Virus record (IMG/VR): IMGVR_UViG_3300031643_000106
Location: 5,868 to 69,867 of that record
Direction: 5' to 3' (one strand)
DNA: 64,000 nt
Source: a virus
Both the position numbers and the translations under genes were made by a program. Of this stretch, positions 20,251 to 31,398 are shown piece after piece. Under the pieces are notes generated by a model that saw nothing but the letters and a program-made list of their open reading frames with translations, had not been told where the DNA came from and made no database searches. Every line of letters starts with the position of its first letter. The stretch's first letter is position 1.

Positions 20251-20668
20251 GTGGCTAAAAGTAAAAAGGGATTTGATACTTCGTATAAGGACAAGTCGGC
20301 TAGATTCAATCCGACGGTGAAGTCCAAAGGTACGAAAGTACCGAAGATTAAGTTGAAGGGCGACATGACTATCAACGCAACCACCGATACGAGGTTCAGA
20401 CCTAAATAACTAACAACAGGGAGGGGCGTTATGCCCCTCAAACAATATATGTCAAAGACAAAGAAAAAGCGCAAGATGAAGTACATACGCCGCAAGAGGC
20501 AAAGACGGCGTGAGAAGGAAGCGACATGGAATGCCAGCAAAGAAGTTAAAGCAATCTGCACGAAAGGCGGGGCTGAAGACAGGGAGTAAGCGATTCAATG
20601 CCTACGTCTATGGCACTGAGCATAAAATCAAGAAGCGACGTGCGGCAAAGCGCAAGCGGAAAAAGTAA
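20251..20668 (+). other. Three very basic micro-ORFs (20251-20409, 20431-20589, 20531-20668)
   Basis: Translated by hand: MAKSKKGFD..., MPLKQYMSKTKKKRKMKYIRRKRQRRR..., MPAKKLKQSARKAG...KKRRAAKRKRKK. The first two have SDs. Confidence 0.5.
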
Positions 20669-20676
20669 ATAATCTA

Positions 20677-20735
20677 TGGGCGGTGGGATGCGAAAGCATC
20701 CACCCTAAGCACCGCCCACCAACTACTTAGGGGGT
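20677..20735 (+). ncRNA. Pseudoknot leader, copy A
   Basis: P1 TGGGCGGTG/CACCGCCCA; inner hairpin GGATGC-GAAA-GCATCC; CCCTAAG (20703-09) is complementary to CTTAGGG (20726-32), which overlaps the SD. Confidence 0.7.
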
Positions 20736-20743
20736 TGGTTCAT

Positions 20744-21127
20744 GTGGAAGTACAGAGAATACCCGGACAGTCTAATTTATGTAACAAGAATGGTGTCCTT
20801 AATGTTCCTCGTTATCTTAGAGTACCATACTGTTTGTTGAATTCAGAATCATTCTTGTTGTTATCGCCGTTGGCGGTTAAAATATATTTCATGATTCTAC
20901 GACAATGGAAAACAAATGAATCTGACAAACCAGTTGAAATATCTATTGCAAAGATGAGAACATATTGCCCAAGTCCGACGAAGCCAGATAGTTTGATTGG
21001 ACGCAACCAAATCGCCGATGCTATAAAACAGTTAATGAAATATGGTTTTATACATAAAGTTAATCAATATAAGAAATGCAATAAGTATTATATTGAGCAA
21101 AGACGATTCACTGGCGAATACCGTTAG
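20744..21127 (+). CDS. Winged helix-turn-helix protein (replication-initiator N-terminal-like), paralog A
   Basis: YLRVPYCLLNSESF..LSPLAVKIY ... AIKQLMKYGFI; GTG start after the SD. Confidence 0.6.
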   Translation: MEVQRIPGQSNLCNKNGVLNVPRYLRVPYCLLNSESFLLLSPLAVKIYFMILRQWKTNESDKPVEISIAKMRTYCPSPTKPDSLIGRNQIADAIKQLMKYGFIHKVNQYKKCNKYYIEQRRFTGEYR

Positions 21128-21147
21128 ATGGTATATTATATAAAACA

Positions 21148-21281
21148 GTATCAAGTTGATACTCAGAAACCTAACATAGAACCGCATTTCATGGTCGAGC
21201 CTAGTATCAGATTGGTACTAGGTGGTGAGAAAAGTAAATAGGAATATCAATTAGGTACTAGACCTAGTATCAGATTGATAC
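21148..21281. repeat. Four imperfect 15-bp palindromic repeats, RTATCA-N3-WGRTAC
   Basis: gtatcaagttgatac 21148, gtatcagattggtac 21204, atatcaattaggtac 21244, gtatcagattgatac 21267. Confidence 0.8.
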
Positions 21282-21287
21282 CAGAAA

Positions 21288-23708
21288 ATGCCAGAACTCA
21301 GGTTAGACAATTTTACTCCCGGAATGAAAAGGGATAGGAGCCTGCGAGAAGCAGGTATGCTATCACTACGCACGTTAAAGAATATGGAGATTATCTATAC
21401 TGATGGTCGCTTGCGTATGCGGAAAGGCTACACACGGTGGAACACAGGACAGATAGCTGCACCTGCTACGCAACTATTCTGGTATCAGCCTATTGATACA
21501 TCAGAAGACGGCAATCTCTTTGGTATTTATAATGGCTACTGGTATCAAATCAGCGAGACAAGCGCACACAAGCAACTTAGTTCGGTAGCAGCAACAGCAC
21601 GGCGTCCTATTATTCAGTTTGGAAACAGGGTATTCTTCGGCACTGATGAAGGATGGCGGTGGACAGATAGCGATTTGCTTATCGGGTCTACATACTCGTA
21701 TGATGCTGGATTAAGCAAGCCAACAAGCGCACCGACTATTACACTACGAGCCGCGATTGGGCATTGGTCTAGCGTACATAACAAAATGGATACCTCTTCA
21801 TTATTAAATGCTACAACCACTCGCAAGTTGGCAATGGCATTTACTGTGCCTGCTGATACAGAATGGACGTTTAGCCATATAAGGGTATTGATGTATTTAG
21901 TAGCAGATGCCACTGTCGTTGGTACGATGTGGGCGGAGATAAGGGAAAATGATGGTGGTGAACCAGAAGCAGATGCAGTAAGTAATGGCACATCGTTTAA
22001 TGTTGCCGTATCTAGTGTAGATACAAGTGCAGAATGGATTGATTTTGTGTTGACTGATGTAGTAACGCTAACGGCAGGACAGTATTGGATTGTAATAGAT
22101 ACAGATGATGATTACAGAGACAACTTCTATGACGTTTCTAATTACGTTGCTATCAGGGGCGATGCGCTTAACGGACATCCTGTACTAGAAACAAATTCTT
22201 TGCGCTTGATTGCTGGCGTTCCTAATGTATGGACTGGGACTACAATGGAGTTTAATTTCCAGATAGGCGGAATTTTTTCAGAAGACACAGGGACACAATG
22301 GTTTGATTATGTGTATACATATGTAGACACTACCTATGATATAGAGTCACGACCTAGCGAAAACACTAGAATTGAGACTGAATCATATAAACGAGCAACG
22401 CAATTAGATGGATATACGACACCACCAGCTACCGAGCGTGTAGATAAAATACGATTATACCGTAGAAAAGTAGATAATTTTGATACAGAAGAGACATCTA
22501 TTACTGATACATATAAATTCGTAGGTGAACAGGATTATCCTTATGCCTCAGCCCCACATTTAACAGATGCCGTGCTTACAGATTTTCTTGGTGCAGACCT
22601 ACAGACTACTGATCATTACAAGTATTCCGATACAGATGATAGTGGAGACAAGATACGGACGGCAGCATTATTGCCTCATGTTGCTGTTATATGGAAGAAT
22701 AGAGTCTGGTTTGCTGAGGCAAATTCTAATATCCTATATTTCAGTAAAAAACTAGAGCAAGACGGAGCAACAAATTTAGCTAATACTGCTGTGCCTGATT
22801 ATTTCCCGCTAGAAAATAAACTCGAAATGCCTGTCCCAACAGGGATAACTGCATTGGCTACATTAGGCAGCGATTTGCTAGTAGTATACTTTGCTGATGA
22901 AAGTATCTATACAATACGTGGTGGCGATGGTTCGCTGAATCCACCACCGGATATAAATATGCAGGAAGTAGTTGCCGAACATGGTATAATAGCACCTGCG
23001 GCAGTAGGTAGCATGAAGGGTAGATTATATTATCTTTCAAGAGATGGCTTTTACGAGTTCACAGGGTCGCCATTAGCACCGGGCGACATAGTAAGTGAGG
23101 ATAACCAGAGTATATTCGATGCTATTGAGACGACTTATTTAGATGACTCTATTCTTGCCGTATTTGGAAACGAGCTATGGTTGCTGGTAGATGCAGATAA
23201 CGATGGGGCGTTAGAAACAATCTTAATACAGGACATGCAAAGATATATACCCATGCGCGGTCTATACGACCGTCCGTGGCGCATGTATGAATATGACACC
23301 ACGCTAAATGATATTATTGTGAGAAAGACAGGTGCAACGACGCGTACGCTACTTGCCGCTGACGCCGAAAGCAATTATATATTAGAGTTAGAGGATGGAC
23401 TTACTGACAATGGTAAAGCTATAGTAGGTATAGCAGAAACGCATGACCTTATTGTGCGTAATCAGGTGCATCTAAATGAGGTAGAGATAGATGCTAATTT
23501 CTCAACTAATGTTGCTCCATTCTTGGTAACAGTAATCGACAATGCTGGTGTGGAATATAATTTTTCAATAAGTCCCGGAAACATATATGACCCGCGTAGT
23601 TATAGAACCGGATGTAGAGTAACAAGCCTTAATCGTATTCGCATGAAGCTACAACATAGGGCTGTAGCGGCTGATGAATTACTGGCATTATCAGTAAAGT
23701 ATACATAA
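21288..23708 (+). CDS. Tail nozzle / DNA-stabilisation-like virion protein (beta-propeller-like)
   Basis: 806 aa; LKNM...GRLRMRKG N-terminus; WKNRVWFA, LYFSK, GIIAP..V and LYYLSRDGFYEF patterns of podoviral tail proteins. Confidence 0.6.
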   Translation: MPELRLDNFTPGMKRDRSLREAGMLSLRTLKNMEIIYTDGRLRMRKGYTRWNTGQIAAPATQLFWYQPIDTSEDGNLFGIYNGYWYQISETSAHKQLSSVAATARRPIIQFGNRVFFGTDEGWRWTDSDLLIGSTYSYDAGLSKPTSAPTITLRAAIGHWSSVHNKMDTSSLLNATTTRKLAMAFTVPADTEWTFSHIRVLMYLVADATVVGTMWAEIRENDGGEPEADAVSNGTSFNVAVSSVDTSAEWIDFVLTDVVTLTAGQYWIVIDTDDDYRDNFYDVSNYVAIRGDALNGHPVLETNSLRLIAGVPNVWTGTTMEFNFQIGGIFSEDTGTQWFDYVYTYVDTTYDIESRPSENTRIETESYKRATQLDGYTTPPATERVDKIRLYRRKVDNFDTEETSITDTYKFVGEQDYPYASAPHLTDAVLTDFLGADLQTTDHYKYSDTDDSGDKIRTAALLPHVAVIWKNRVWFAEANSNILYFSKKLEQDGATNLANTAVPDYFPLENKLEMPVPTGITALATLGSDLLVVYFADESIYTIRGGDGSLNPPPDINMQEVVAEHGIIAPAAVGSMKGRLYYLSRDGFYEFTGSPLAPGDIVSEDNQSIFDAIETTYLDDSILAVFGNELWLLVDADNDGALETILIQDMQRYIPMRGLYDRPWRMYEYDTTLNDIIVRKTGATTRTLLAADAESNYILELEDGLTDNGKAIVGIAETHDLIVRNQVHLNEVEIDANFSTNVAPFLVTVIDNAGVEYNFSISPGNIYDPRSYRTGCRVTSLNRIRMKLQHRAVAADELLALSVKYT

Positions 23709-24003
23709 ATGGGGGTTGGATGTATATATCCTGCCTTTACCCATTCATTTATAGGAGAATAGGAAATGGCTTTACAAGAATTATATGAGAGTTATGTGGG
23801 TGAAAATACCTTCTGGATGAAAGTCGCAGGGGCTTGTATGGTAGCTGCAATCAATATCGCCGCCTTAGAAGGCACTGGCCCTGCTACATTAGTTAGTCCA
23901 CCTATTTTGTTTTTTGATGTCATAACTCCTTTTGCTGGGTTTATATCTATAAAACCAGCTAAGTCGTTGAACTCAAAAAAACCTTACAAAAAATGGTGAC
24001 GAG

Positions 24004-24309
24004 ATGAAATATGAACGTGGAGATTTTACAGTAGGTGACGTAGGTTGTTCTATTACAATTACTACCGACCAAGACCTAACTGGCCGTAACGTAGATTTCT
24101 ATTTCATAAAGCCGACTGGTGGGTCTATTATTAAAGATTCTACTAGCGTTAGTACATACACTGCAACATATACTTTCGCGTCTGGAGACTTGGATGTTGC
24201 TGGCGACTGGTATGTATATCTGTATGACGCAACAGCAGGATTCTTTTATAATGAAGATGGCACGAACAGGTTTAGAGTTAAGCCAAAACCATTTGCGATG
24301 GCGGTGTGA
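24004..24309 (+). CDS. Small Ig-like virion protein (putative)
   Basis: GDVG...DLTG..F.KP.G...YTFASGDLDVAGDW pattern. Confidence 0.5.
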   Translation: MKYERGDFTVGDVGCSITITTDQDLTGRNVDFYFIKPTGGSIIKDSTSVSTYTATYTFASGDLDVAGDWYVYLYDATAGFFYNEDGTNRFRVKPKPFAMAV

Positions 24310-24521
24310 CAATGTTACGACGCGGGCTACAGGGAGACGATTTAATACAGGAAATAGAAGATAAAGTTCAGCAAAAGGAATTGCGTAAATTCTCTAGTAT
24401 GCCAAGCTATAAGCTACTTAGGAATTATGAAATTGCTCATGTAGAAGTCTCAGGCACACATAATATAATAATTCGTGTTGGGAATAAATTGCTAAAGACC
24501 GGAGATTTGACGGAAGTTTGA
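24306..24521 (+). CDS. Hypothetical protein
   Basis: Coupled ORF in the structural module. Confidence 0.5.
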   Translation: MTMLRRGLQGDDLIQEIEDKVQQKELRKFSSMPSYKLLRNYEIAHVEVSGTHNIIIRVGNKLLKTGDLTEV

Positions 24522-24524
24522 GAG

Positions 24525-25265
24525 GTGAATATAATGGCAGACCCACAGTCGATACTAGCTTTATTACAGTTGGGTGCTGATCAGGCAGGGCGATGGGGAG
24601 AGCATGCTCCCCAGACCGCAAAGTATTTAAGAAGCGGCCAATACGGAGAGGCAGGGAAGAGTTTCATGCGTGGTTACTTGCCACTTGGCATAGGTGAGTC
24701 TATCTTCCCTCAAGAATCGCCAGCGGAAAAGTATGCACGAATGATGTTAGCACAAAGGCAGCAACTAATTAACCAGTTACAACCACAAGCCGCAGGACAA
24801 CCATCGGCAGCTTCGCGTGGGGTAGAGGCAGCCTTGAAGCAGGCTACTAACAGATACATGCAAGCCTATGGAGCGTCAGCGCAACAGCAGGGCATAGCAG
24901 GCACTACAGTAGCGAAGGCACAGCAAGGGCGCATGGCGGCAGGAGTACAGCAGGCGATGGCGCAGGCGCGTGGGCAGTTGGCTACATCAGCGCAACAGCA
25001 AATAGGCGCATTAACGCAGGGTGCAATGCAGACACAGTTATCATTAGAGATGCAGGAACAACAGGCAAAATCTACTTTTTTTAACTCGTTAGGCGAATTA
25101 TTTGGCATGAAGCAAGGCGGCAAACTAGACCCTGAAACACAGAAACGGTATGATGAATTGACTGATATAATGCGCGCACTGGTATACAATACTCAGTCAG
25201 GTAGTGGTCAAGGTACATACGCAAGCCAGATAAAGAACCCGCTTGGAACGGTATCTGCCTTATGA
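24525..25265 (+). CDS. Ejection/pilot-like internal virion protein (Ala/Gln/Gly-rich)
   Basis: Composition and position typical of podovirus DNA-transfer proteins. Confidence 0.55.
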   Translation: MNIMADPQSILALLQLGADQAGRWGEHAPQTAKYLRSGQYGEAGKSFMRGYLPLGIGESIFPQESPAEKYARMMLAQRQQLINQLQPQAAGQPSAASRGVEAALKQATNRYMQAYGASAQQQGIAGTTVAKAQQGRMAAGVQQAMAQARGQLATSAQQQIGALTQGAMQTQLSLEMQEQQAKSTFFNSLGELFGMKQGGKLDPETQKRYDELTDIMRALVYNTQSGSGQGTYASQIKNPLGTVSAL

Positions 25266-25280
25266 TAGGAGTGATATGCT

Positions 25281-26597
25281 ATGTCAAGATATAGTCAACT
25301 AGCACCATTGGCGAGTGGACTATTGGTAATGCAAAAAGCCAAAGAAGCCGGTGATGAGGCAGCATATAAACGTGCCATGAGCGATTATGATGCACAGATA
25401 AAGGGTTTCACAAACATCATGAGCTTGCGTGAGTCCAAGCAGCGCATGGATATTGCGGGGGCGCAGGAGTCTTATAGGAAGAGCATGGAGCCTGTATCGA
25501 GACAGCAAGCGGGTGCAACGGTAGAAGCTACGCAAGCAGGAACAGAAGCTACAAAAGCAGGCACAGAGTTTACTGGTGTGCAATCCACTGGTCTAAAAAC
25601 AGAAATAATGCGGACAGATAAGCAATGGAAACAGCTTCAAGCTGATACCGAAGAGGCAAATAATCTATTGAAAGAATATGGCATAGAGGGTTCTGCCGCC
25701 GCCAGAAATATAGTGAACAGTGTTCTTACCAGTACACTAGACTCAACGGTTGCCCTAGAGGAATTACGTCAGCGCATACCAGAACTTGCTACAGCACTGA
25801 AGGGAACTCAGATAAAAGAAGAGACTAAAACCGTTCCAGAAACCAAGAAAGCAGAGCGCGAAGTTGCAAAAACTACAGTCGCCAAAGCGCAAGAAGAGCG
25901 GGAAGTAATGCGACTAAGGGCAGAGTATGGGATACTGGATGAAGCGGCACAAAATGAGCTAAAGGCGGTACGTCGTGAAAGAGCTAAACTAACTAGTTCG
26001 GAAGTCGAAGAGCAGGCAAAGCAGGGAATGGATTATTATTCCAAAATGCCAAAACTTGTACTTGAACAAATAGCGGCGCAGATTGGTTTAGATAAAGCGC
26101 AGGCATTAGCGGCTGAATTGAAGGGCAAAGGTTCTGAGTATCAGGCACAGGCGATGGAAATAGCGGCGGGAATGATGGGTATATCCATATCTGAGATGGT
26201 AGCGCGGTCGTATATTATAGACAATAAACTTCGCATGAGCGAGCAAGAATATCAGTCACAGATACGGATGTTGAGTACAGCGGCGGCTAACATGAAATCA
26301 ATGGCAACGTCGGCAGAGGTATATGATTCATTAGGTGATGTTCCAGATGAACAACGACAGATGTTTGCGCTATTGGCAGGTTCGTCCACAAGGACTCTAA
26401 GTGAAGCTGACAAAGAACAAGCTATAAAGCGTTTAGATAATCACATGCGTTGGCTTGCTACGCAGGCAGCTAATATATATCCAGATATTGACTGGAATGC
26501 TTTTATTGAAGGTAGCACAGGGGTTCAGCCTATTATGTCAGATGCAGCAAGACGACAGGCAGCAGAGGCTATACGAAAAGCGTTAGGTACGCAATGA
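25281..26597 (+). CDS. Ejection-like internal virion protein (helical)
   Basis: Ala/Glu/Gln-rich helical protein with EATQAGTEATKAGT repeats; second of three consecutive genes of this kind. Confidence 0.5.
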   Translation: MSRYSQLAPLASGLLVMQKAKEAGDEAAYKRAMSDYDAQIKGFTNIMSLRESKQRMDIAGAQESYRKSMEPVSRQQAGATVEATQAGTEATKAGTEFTGVQSTGLKTEIMRTDKQWKQLQADTEEANNLLKEYGIEGSAAARNIVNSVLTSTLDSTVALEELRQRIPELATALKGTQIKEETKTVPETKKAEREVAKTTVAKAQEEREVMRLRAEYGILDEAAQNELKAVRRERAKLTSSEVEEQAKQGMDYYSKMPKLVLEQIAAQIGLDKAQALAAELKGKGSEYQAQAMEIAAGMMGISISEMVARSYIIDNKLRMSEQEYQSQIRMLSTAAANMKSMATSAEVYDSLGDVPDEQRQMFALLAGSSTRTLSEADKEQAIKRLDNHMRWLATQAANIYPDIDWNAFIEGSTGVQPIMSDAARRQAAEAIRKALGTQ

Positions 26598-29500
26598 GCG
26601 AAGTTAAGGAAATAGACGTTAGCGAATACATAGGCAAGATACAGCAGGAGAAAACACCCGCTGACGCTATCAGTGTGTATTACGAAGCCTTTCCTGATCA
26701 GAAAGATAAGTTAGAAGAAGCCCGTAAAATTGTAGGTGACGAAGAATTCCTTAATATACTGAAGGCAGAAATACGGAATAAACAGGTATCCGCTGGATTC
26801 TATGATCGCAAGTCTGAACGTGAACGCATAGCTGAAGAAGAAGCCATCAGACAGCGTAATGCTGAAAGAGCAGAGAAATCTATGCTAGGATATGTTGGAG
26901 AGATGCAGTATCAGGAAACGCTTGGGCTATCTAAGGGTATAGAAGCAGGTGCGAAGAGAGTAGAGCAGGCATGGGAAGATGTGATAGGCGCACCAGCGCG
27001 CAAGCTAGGTGAAACAGTCACACAACCACTTGTGCAGAAGGCAAGGTCGGCATTGGCAGGCGGCGTCAAGGTAGAGGACGTGCGAACTGTGCTAGAGACT
27101 GGGAAAGTACCAGACTCCATGATGCCATCTATCGGGGTCATGGGTATCAGTGCAGATAACGCACGGAATCCGAAGGTTGTTTTAGGAGAATTAGTCAAGC
27201 AAGGCATGATGCCTGATGTTACAGAGATTGGCGAAGAATCCTTACAGCAGATGATATTATCCAAGTCAGTTGGTAAATCCAGAGATGCCTATACGCGGAT
27301 GCTATTCAAGATGTTCTATGACCCTTATGCTAGTGCTGTGAGAAAAGGCGAAGAACCTGCGGGATATAGAAGTAGAACAGAACTGGCAGCAGAACATCCT
27401 ATGCGCTCCATACCAGCTTTATCTGGCGAGGCGGTAATGGAATATCCAGTAGAGCTAATCGAGCATCCCGACCAGATGGCAAAAGTAGCGGCGCAGTTGC
27501 TTGTTGGCAAGTTTATAGTAGCACCAATAGTAGGCAAGGGAATAGAGACAGCCATAGCGAGATCGCCATTAGCCAAGCGTGTCTTTACTATGGATATGGG
27601 GCAGGCGTACCGCCGATGGTTGAAGATGAAGAACATGAAATCATCGCCAGAGGCAGTATATGAATTCTTCCAGAATGCACAGCGTCCTGATGTAGCGCAA
27701 CAGGTGGTAGTGCGTGGAGTACCAAAAGATTCACCAGAGGTTTTATATACTCTGAATAAATTATCTAACCGCGTAGGTCAGATGTCAGCACAAGAGGCAA
27801 GGGCTTTTGTAGAGCAGTTTGCCAGACCTATACGCAATGGTCAGTTCAAGGTGCTTGTGCCACGAAGTATAGTAGGTAAGGTAAGTCTTGCGCCAGAGTT
27901 GAGTGCTATTCCAGAAGCGGCTGTTGGTGTGCCGCCAACTGTAACAGTACCAACACCAACGCCAAGACAAGTTCCGTTGCTCCTTGAATCGCCTGATGTT
28001 ATTCCCCGTATGCCTGCTGGTGCGCCTGTGGGTGCAATGGGCATACCGACTACAGTATACCCGACAGAGGCGATGTACGCTATCAATGCAGATCCTACAG
28101 CGGCAAATACAGGTTACTCGGTAGACGAGGTTATCTTCATGCGGTCTATGGGTATGACAGACCCACAGATAAAGGCGAGGTCGTTAGAGGAATTAAAGCC
28201 ACCAGACATGGCGTGGTTTAGGAGTGAGGCGATTAGCAAGGGTGATGCCGTTATTATGCCAAAATGGAAGACAGCAGGGAAGGTAATAGATGACAGCGAC
28301 CCACAGATGCTAATGGTGCAGATGCGTAATGGGTTAAAGATTAAAGTGGCAAGAGAAGAAGTATTGAATGTTGAGTACGCCGATATACCCACGCGTGTAG
28401 TACCAATAGGACAGATGCCTATAATGGAAGTTCCCAAAGGCTATCAGTCGCATCCAGCGATTATAGATGCAGATGACGAGTTCTTGCCGGGTAGACCCAT
28501 GCAGAGTACAGTAGAGGAAATACCTAAAGAACCAGAAGCTATTGCGTTGCCGGAGCGTGGTGCTATCGCATTGCCAGAGGAACAGCCCCCAGTAGCACCA
28601 GTGGAACAGCCGCCGTTACCACAGCCCGAACAAGTAGCACCGCCAGTGGAACAGCCGCCAGCAAAGCCGCAGGTTGCGCCTACGCCAGCAGAAAAGCCAA
28701 CCCGCGCAGGTCTACGTCGAGAGATAAAGGAAATCCAGAAGCTAACGAAGCAGATGGCGCGTGACTTAGGGATTGACGTACCTAGCGATTCACCTGAAGC
28801 GGCTATCAGCAAGTCAAGGGCAGAGGTTGTTGTCGAGACTAAGAAGGAATTGACTGAATTACAGAAGCAGATTGATAATCTAAAAGGCGAAGAAGGCTTT
28901 ATCTATATACCAAGCGTTACGGAGATAAAGGCGGCAGCGCGACGCGTTGTAGACAGCGTTAGTCAGAAGTTTGATTTCCGTAGGCAGAAAAAGCAGATAG
29001 AGTTTGATAGCTTGATCGCACAGCTTGACGGTATGCGTAATAAGGGTGCTATATACGCAAAGTTTCAGGGCGACAATATGCGAAAGATGGGGTCGCCTAA
29101 AGAAAACAACGAACTAATATCCCGCTACATGGATCAGCCAGACAAATATGCCGCAGATTTCGCAAAGTTACCTAAAGAATCAAGGGCATTGGCTACATTA
29201 CTGCAGGAACTATATGCTCAACTTGGCGCAGCAGCGCAGAAACTAGGCTTTCTTGACCAGCTACGAGAGAATTATATCCTCCACAGTTGGGAAGAAAAGC
29301 CAGAGGCGATAGGTAAGGCATTTGGCGTAGGGACAGGGAAGTTGCATGATAAGCCTAGCTTTGCCATGCCACGCAAGTTCAATACTTTCGATGATGGCGA
29401 AGAGGCTGGACTGACGCCAATACTAGACCCTATTAAACTATATGAATTATACGCATACGAGTTCCACCGAGCGGCGGCAGATAAGCAGTTCATTGATGCG

Positions 29501-31393
29501 GTAAGGCAAATGGTAGACGAGAATGGCAATCCGCTTATCATGGGTCAGCCCAAAGACCCTGCAAAGAAAGCTATCTATGATAACGAGTATGTATACCTCA
29601 ATCTTCCTAGCATAAACAAGTTGATGTCAGAAGGGCAAGTACCTGCAAAGATTCATCCAGCTATTGCGCCATCAATAACGGGATACTTCCAGCAACAATG
29701 GCAAGTGCCGTCTTTCCAGTGGTTAGGCAGAGAAATAGACCTATGGTCTAAGTATAAGGGCTTCAGGGGATTTATCAAGCGAATACATTTCTGGAATCCG
29801 TTGGTACATGGCTGGAACGTCATGTCAAATAATATTCTTATGTCAGTTATTTCATCAAAGAATCCGCTAAAGTGGGCGACTAAGCCGATGACTATGTTCT
29901 TCAAGGGCAAGAAATTATGGGAAAGCCATGATCAGTTAGTCCTTGATATGGCAGAAGCAGGACTACAGGTTGCACATGCGAGAAACATAGCACGTCAGAT
30001 GCAGGAAGAAGTGCAGAACCTTGTGCCTGACTGGAGTGTAAAGAATGTAGCACGTCATCCGTATGCCGCATTAAAGCACTTTAATGATGTGGTATTGTGG
30101 GAGGATATGGTGCGAAATTCACAACTAGCGGCGGCTGATATGCTGCGTAAGATAATGGCAAAGCGAATGCCAGATACAGATCAAAAGACAATTGATAAGA
30201 CAATAGCACACCATCTTAACGATGTATATGGTACACTTCCCGCATACTGGATGTCACGCATGTCGCGTGAACTAGGTGCAGTGGCTTTTCTTGCCCGTAA
30301 CTGGACTATATCTAACATAAATTTGCCAGTAAAGGCGATGACGCTTGGACGTGCAGGGGCAGGGGCTAGGTTTGCGCCCGAAGAAACCAAGAAACAGCTT
30401 GGTAGGCTATATGGAGAGTTCGTTGGTGGAATGTTATTGCTTGGGTTGGTGTCAATAAATCTTATTCAATACGCTTGCATTAAGGCTACGAATAAATTGA
30501 AAAAAGAAGGGAAGATGAACGGCGCATTGGTAGAACCACACCTGACATTCCAGAATGGATGGCGACGTGCGTTAGATGTAGATACTGGCTTTCGCAATGC
30601 GCGCGGACAGCCGCTATATGTCATACCCGGACTGTTTCGTAACATACGAGACTGGAGAGGATGGCTTACTGAACCAACTAAAGTAGCGATGAACAAGCTA
30701 GAGCCGTTCTTAAAGCATAATATAGAGCAGTTAGCTAATTATTCAACATGGAAGCATGAAGATATTGTGCCACAAGGCACGCCAATTCACAAGGCATTGG
30801 AGAAGCGACTTGAATATTTTTCCAATTCTATGAGTCCATTGTCTACTTTCGCTCCAGAAGCAGGCAAAGTCAAACATAAACTAGAGTACATCATGCCGTT
30901 TACAGGTCAGTGGATAAGCAAAGGCGCACCCGGTGGCAGATTAGCGGAGATATACTACGACACTAAGGATAAGATGAAACTAGAGAAAGCGGAGGCCGAT
31001 GCTGAGATTGACGAACTTATACAAAAAGGCGAATGGCAGGCTACAATAGAGAAGATGCTGACTGTTGGCCGCTACAAGACAACAAAGGGCATGGCTGACC
31101 GTATAAAGAAGTTCGTAGCACCATTGAATTATATGTTACAGAACGCTACAAAGGAAGAACTAATGGCGTATGTTGGCGAATTAAAGAAGCATGGCTATAC
31201 TATTAAAGACTTAGAAAACGCCGCAGTTAAAGAGGCAATGATATTACTTGGCAGGCATTACATAGAAACTAATCCGCCAGAAGGCGAAGATGCAGAGCGT
31301 CCGGAGGGGGGTTATCGCGGTAGTAAGATAAGGCGACCAGCTAAAACCAGTGAATTTGTAGTGCCTGATGAATGGTTACAGCAAGCGAGGTGA
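26594..31393 (+). CDS. Large internal virion/ejection protein with a Pro-rich linker
   Basis: 1599 aa with PVEQPP repeats in the linker; third gene of the ejection-like trio. Confidence 0.55.
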   Translation: MSEVKEIDVSEYIGKIQQEKTPADAISVYYEAFPDQKDKLEEARKIVGDEEFLNILKAEIRNKQVSAGFYDRKSERERIAEEEAIRQRNAERAEKSMLGYVGEMQYQETLGLSKGIEAGAKRVEQAWEDVIGAPARKLGETVTQPLVQKARSALAGGVKVEDVRTVLETGKVPDSMMPSIGVMGISADNARNPKVVLGELVKQGMMPDVTEIGEESLQQMILSKSVGKSRDAYTRMLFKMFYDPYASAVRKGEEPAGYRSRTELAAEHPMRSIPALSGEAVMEYPVELIEHPDQMAKVAAQLLVGKFIVAPIVGKGIETAIARSPLAKRVFTMDMGQAYRRWLKMKNMKSSPEAVYEFFQNAQRPDVAQQVVVRGVPKDSPEVLYTLNKLSNRVGQMSAQEARAFVEQFARPIRNGQFKVLVPRSIVGKVSLAPELSAIPEAAVGVPPTVTVPTPTPRQVPLLLESPDVIPRMPAGAPVGAMGIPTTVYPTEAMYAINADPTAANTGYSVDEVIFMRSMGMTDPQIKARSLEELKPPDMAWFRSEAISKGDAVIMPKWKTAGKVIDDSDPQMLMVQMRNGLKIKVAREEVLNVEYADIPTRVVPIGQMPIMEVPKGYQSHPAIIDADDEFLPGRPMQSTVEEIPKEPEAIALPERGAIALPEEQPPVAPVEQPPLPQPEQVAPPVEQPPAKPQVAPTPAEKPTRAGLRREIKEIQKLTKQMARDLGIDVPSDSPEAAISKSRAEVVVETKKELTELQKQIDNLKGEEGFIYIPSVTEIKAAARRVVDSVSQKFDFRRQKKQIEFDSLIAQLDGMRNKGAIYAKFQGDNMRKMGSPKENNELISRYMDQPDKYAADFAKLPKESRALATLLQELYAQLGAAAQKLGFLDQLRENYILHSWEEKPEAIGKAFGVGTGKLHDKPSFAMPRKFNTFDDGEEAGLTPILDPIKLYELYAYEFHRAAADKQFIDAVRQMVDENGNPLIMGQPKDPAKKAIYDNEYVYLNLPSINKLMSEGQVPAKIHPAIAPSITGYFQQQWQVPSFQWLGREIDLWSKYKGFRGFIKRIHFWNPLVHGWNVMSNNILMSVISSKNPLKWATKPMTMFFKGKKLWESHDQLVLDMAEAGLQVAHARNIARQMQEEVQNLVPDWSVKNVARHPYAALKHFNDVVLWEDMVRNSQLAAADMLRKIMAKRMPDTDQKTIDKTIAHHLNDVYGTLPAYWMSRMSRELGAVAFLARNWTISNINLPVKAMTLGRAGAGARFAPEETKKQLGRLYGEFVGGMLLLGLVSINLIQYACIKATNKLKKEGKMNGALVEPHLTFQNGWRRALDVDTGFRNARGQPLYVIPGLFRNIRDWRGWLTEPTKVAMNKLEPFLKHNIEQLANYSTWKHEDIVPQGTPIHKALEKRLEYFSNSMSPLSTFAPEAGKVKHKLEYIMPFTGQWISKGAPGGRLAEIYYDTKDKMKLEKAEADAEIDELIQKGEWQATIEKMLTVGRYKTTKGMADRIKKFVAPLNYMLQNATKEELMAYVGELKKHGYTIKDLENAAVKEAMILLGRHYIETNPPEGEDAERPEGGYRGSKIRRPAKTSEFVVPDEWLQQAR

Positions 31394-31398
31394 AGATA

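Noticed and set aside
28540-28700. IALPE and PVEQPP repeats in the large virion protein
   Set aside because: Ordinary low-complexity Pro-rich linker.
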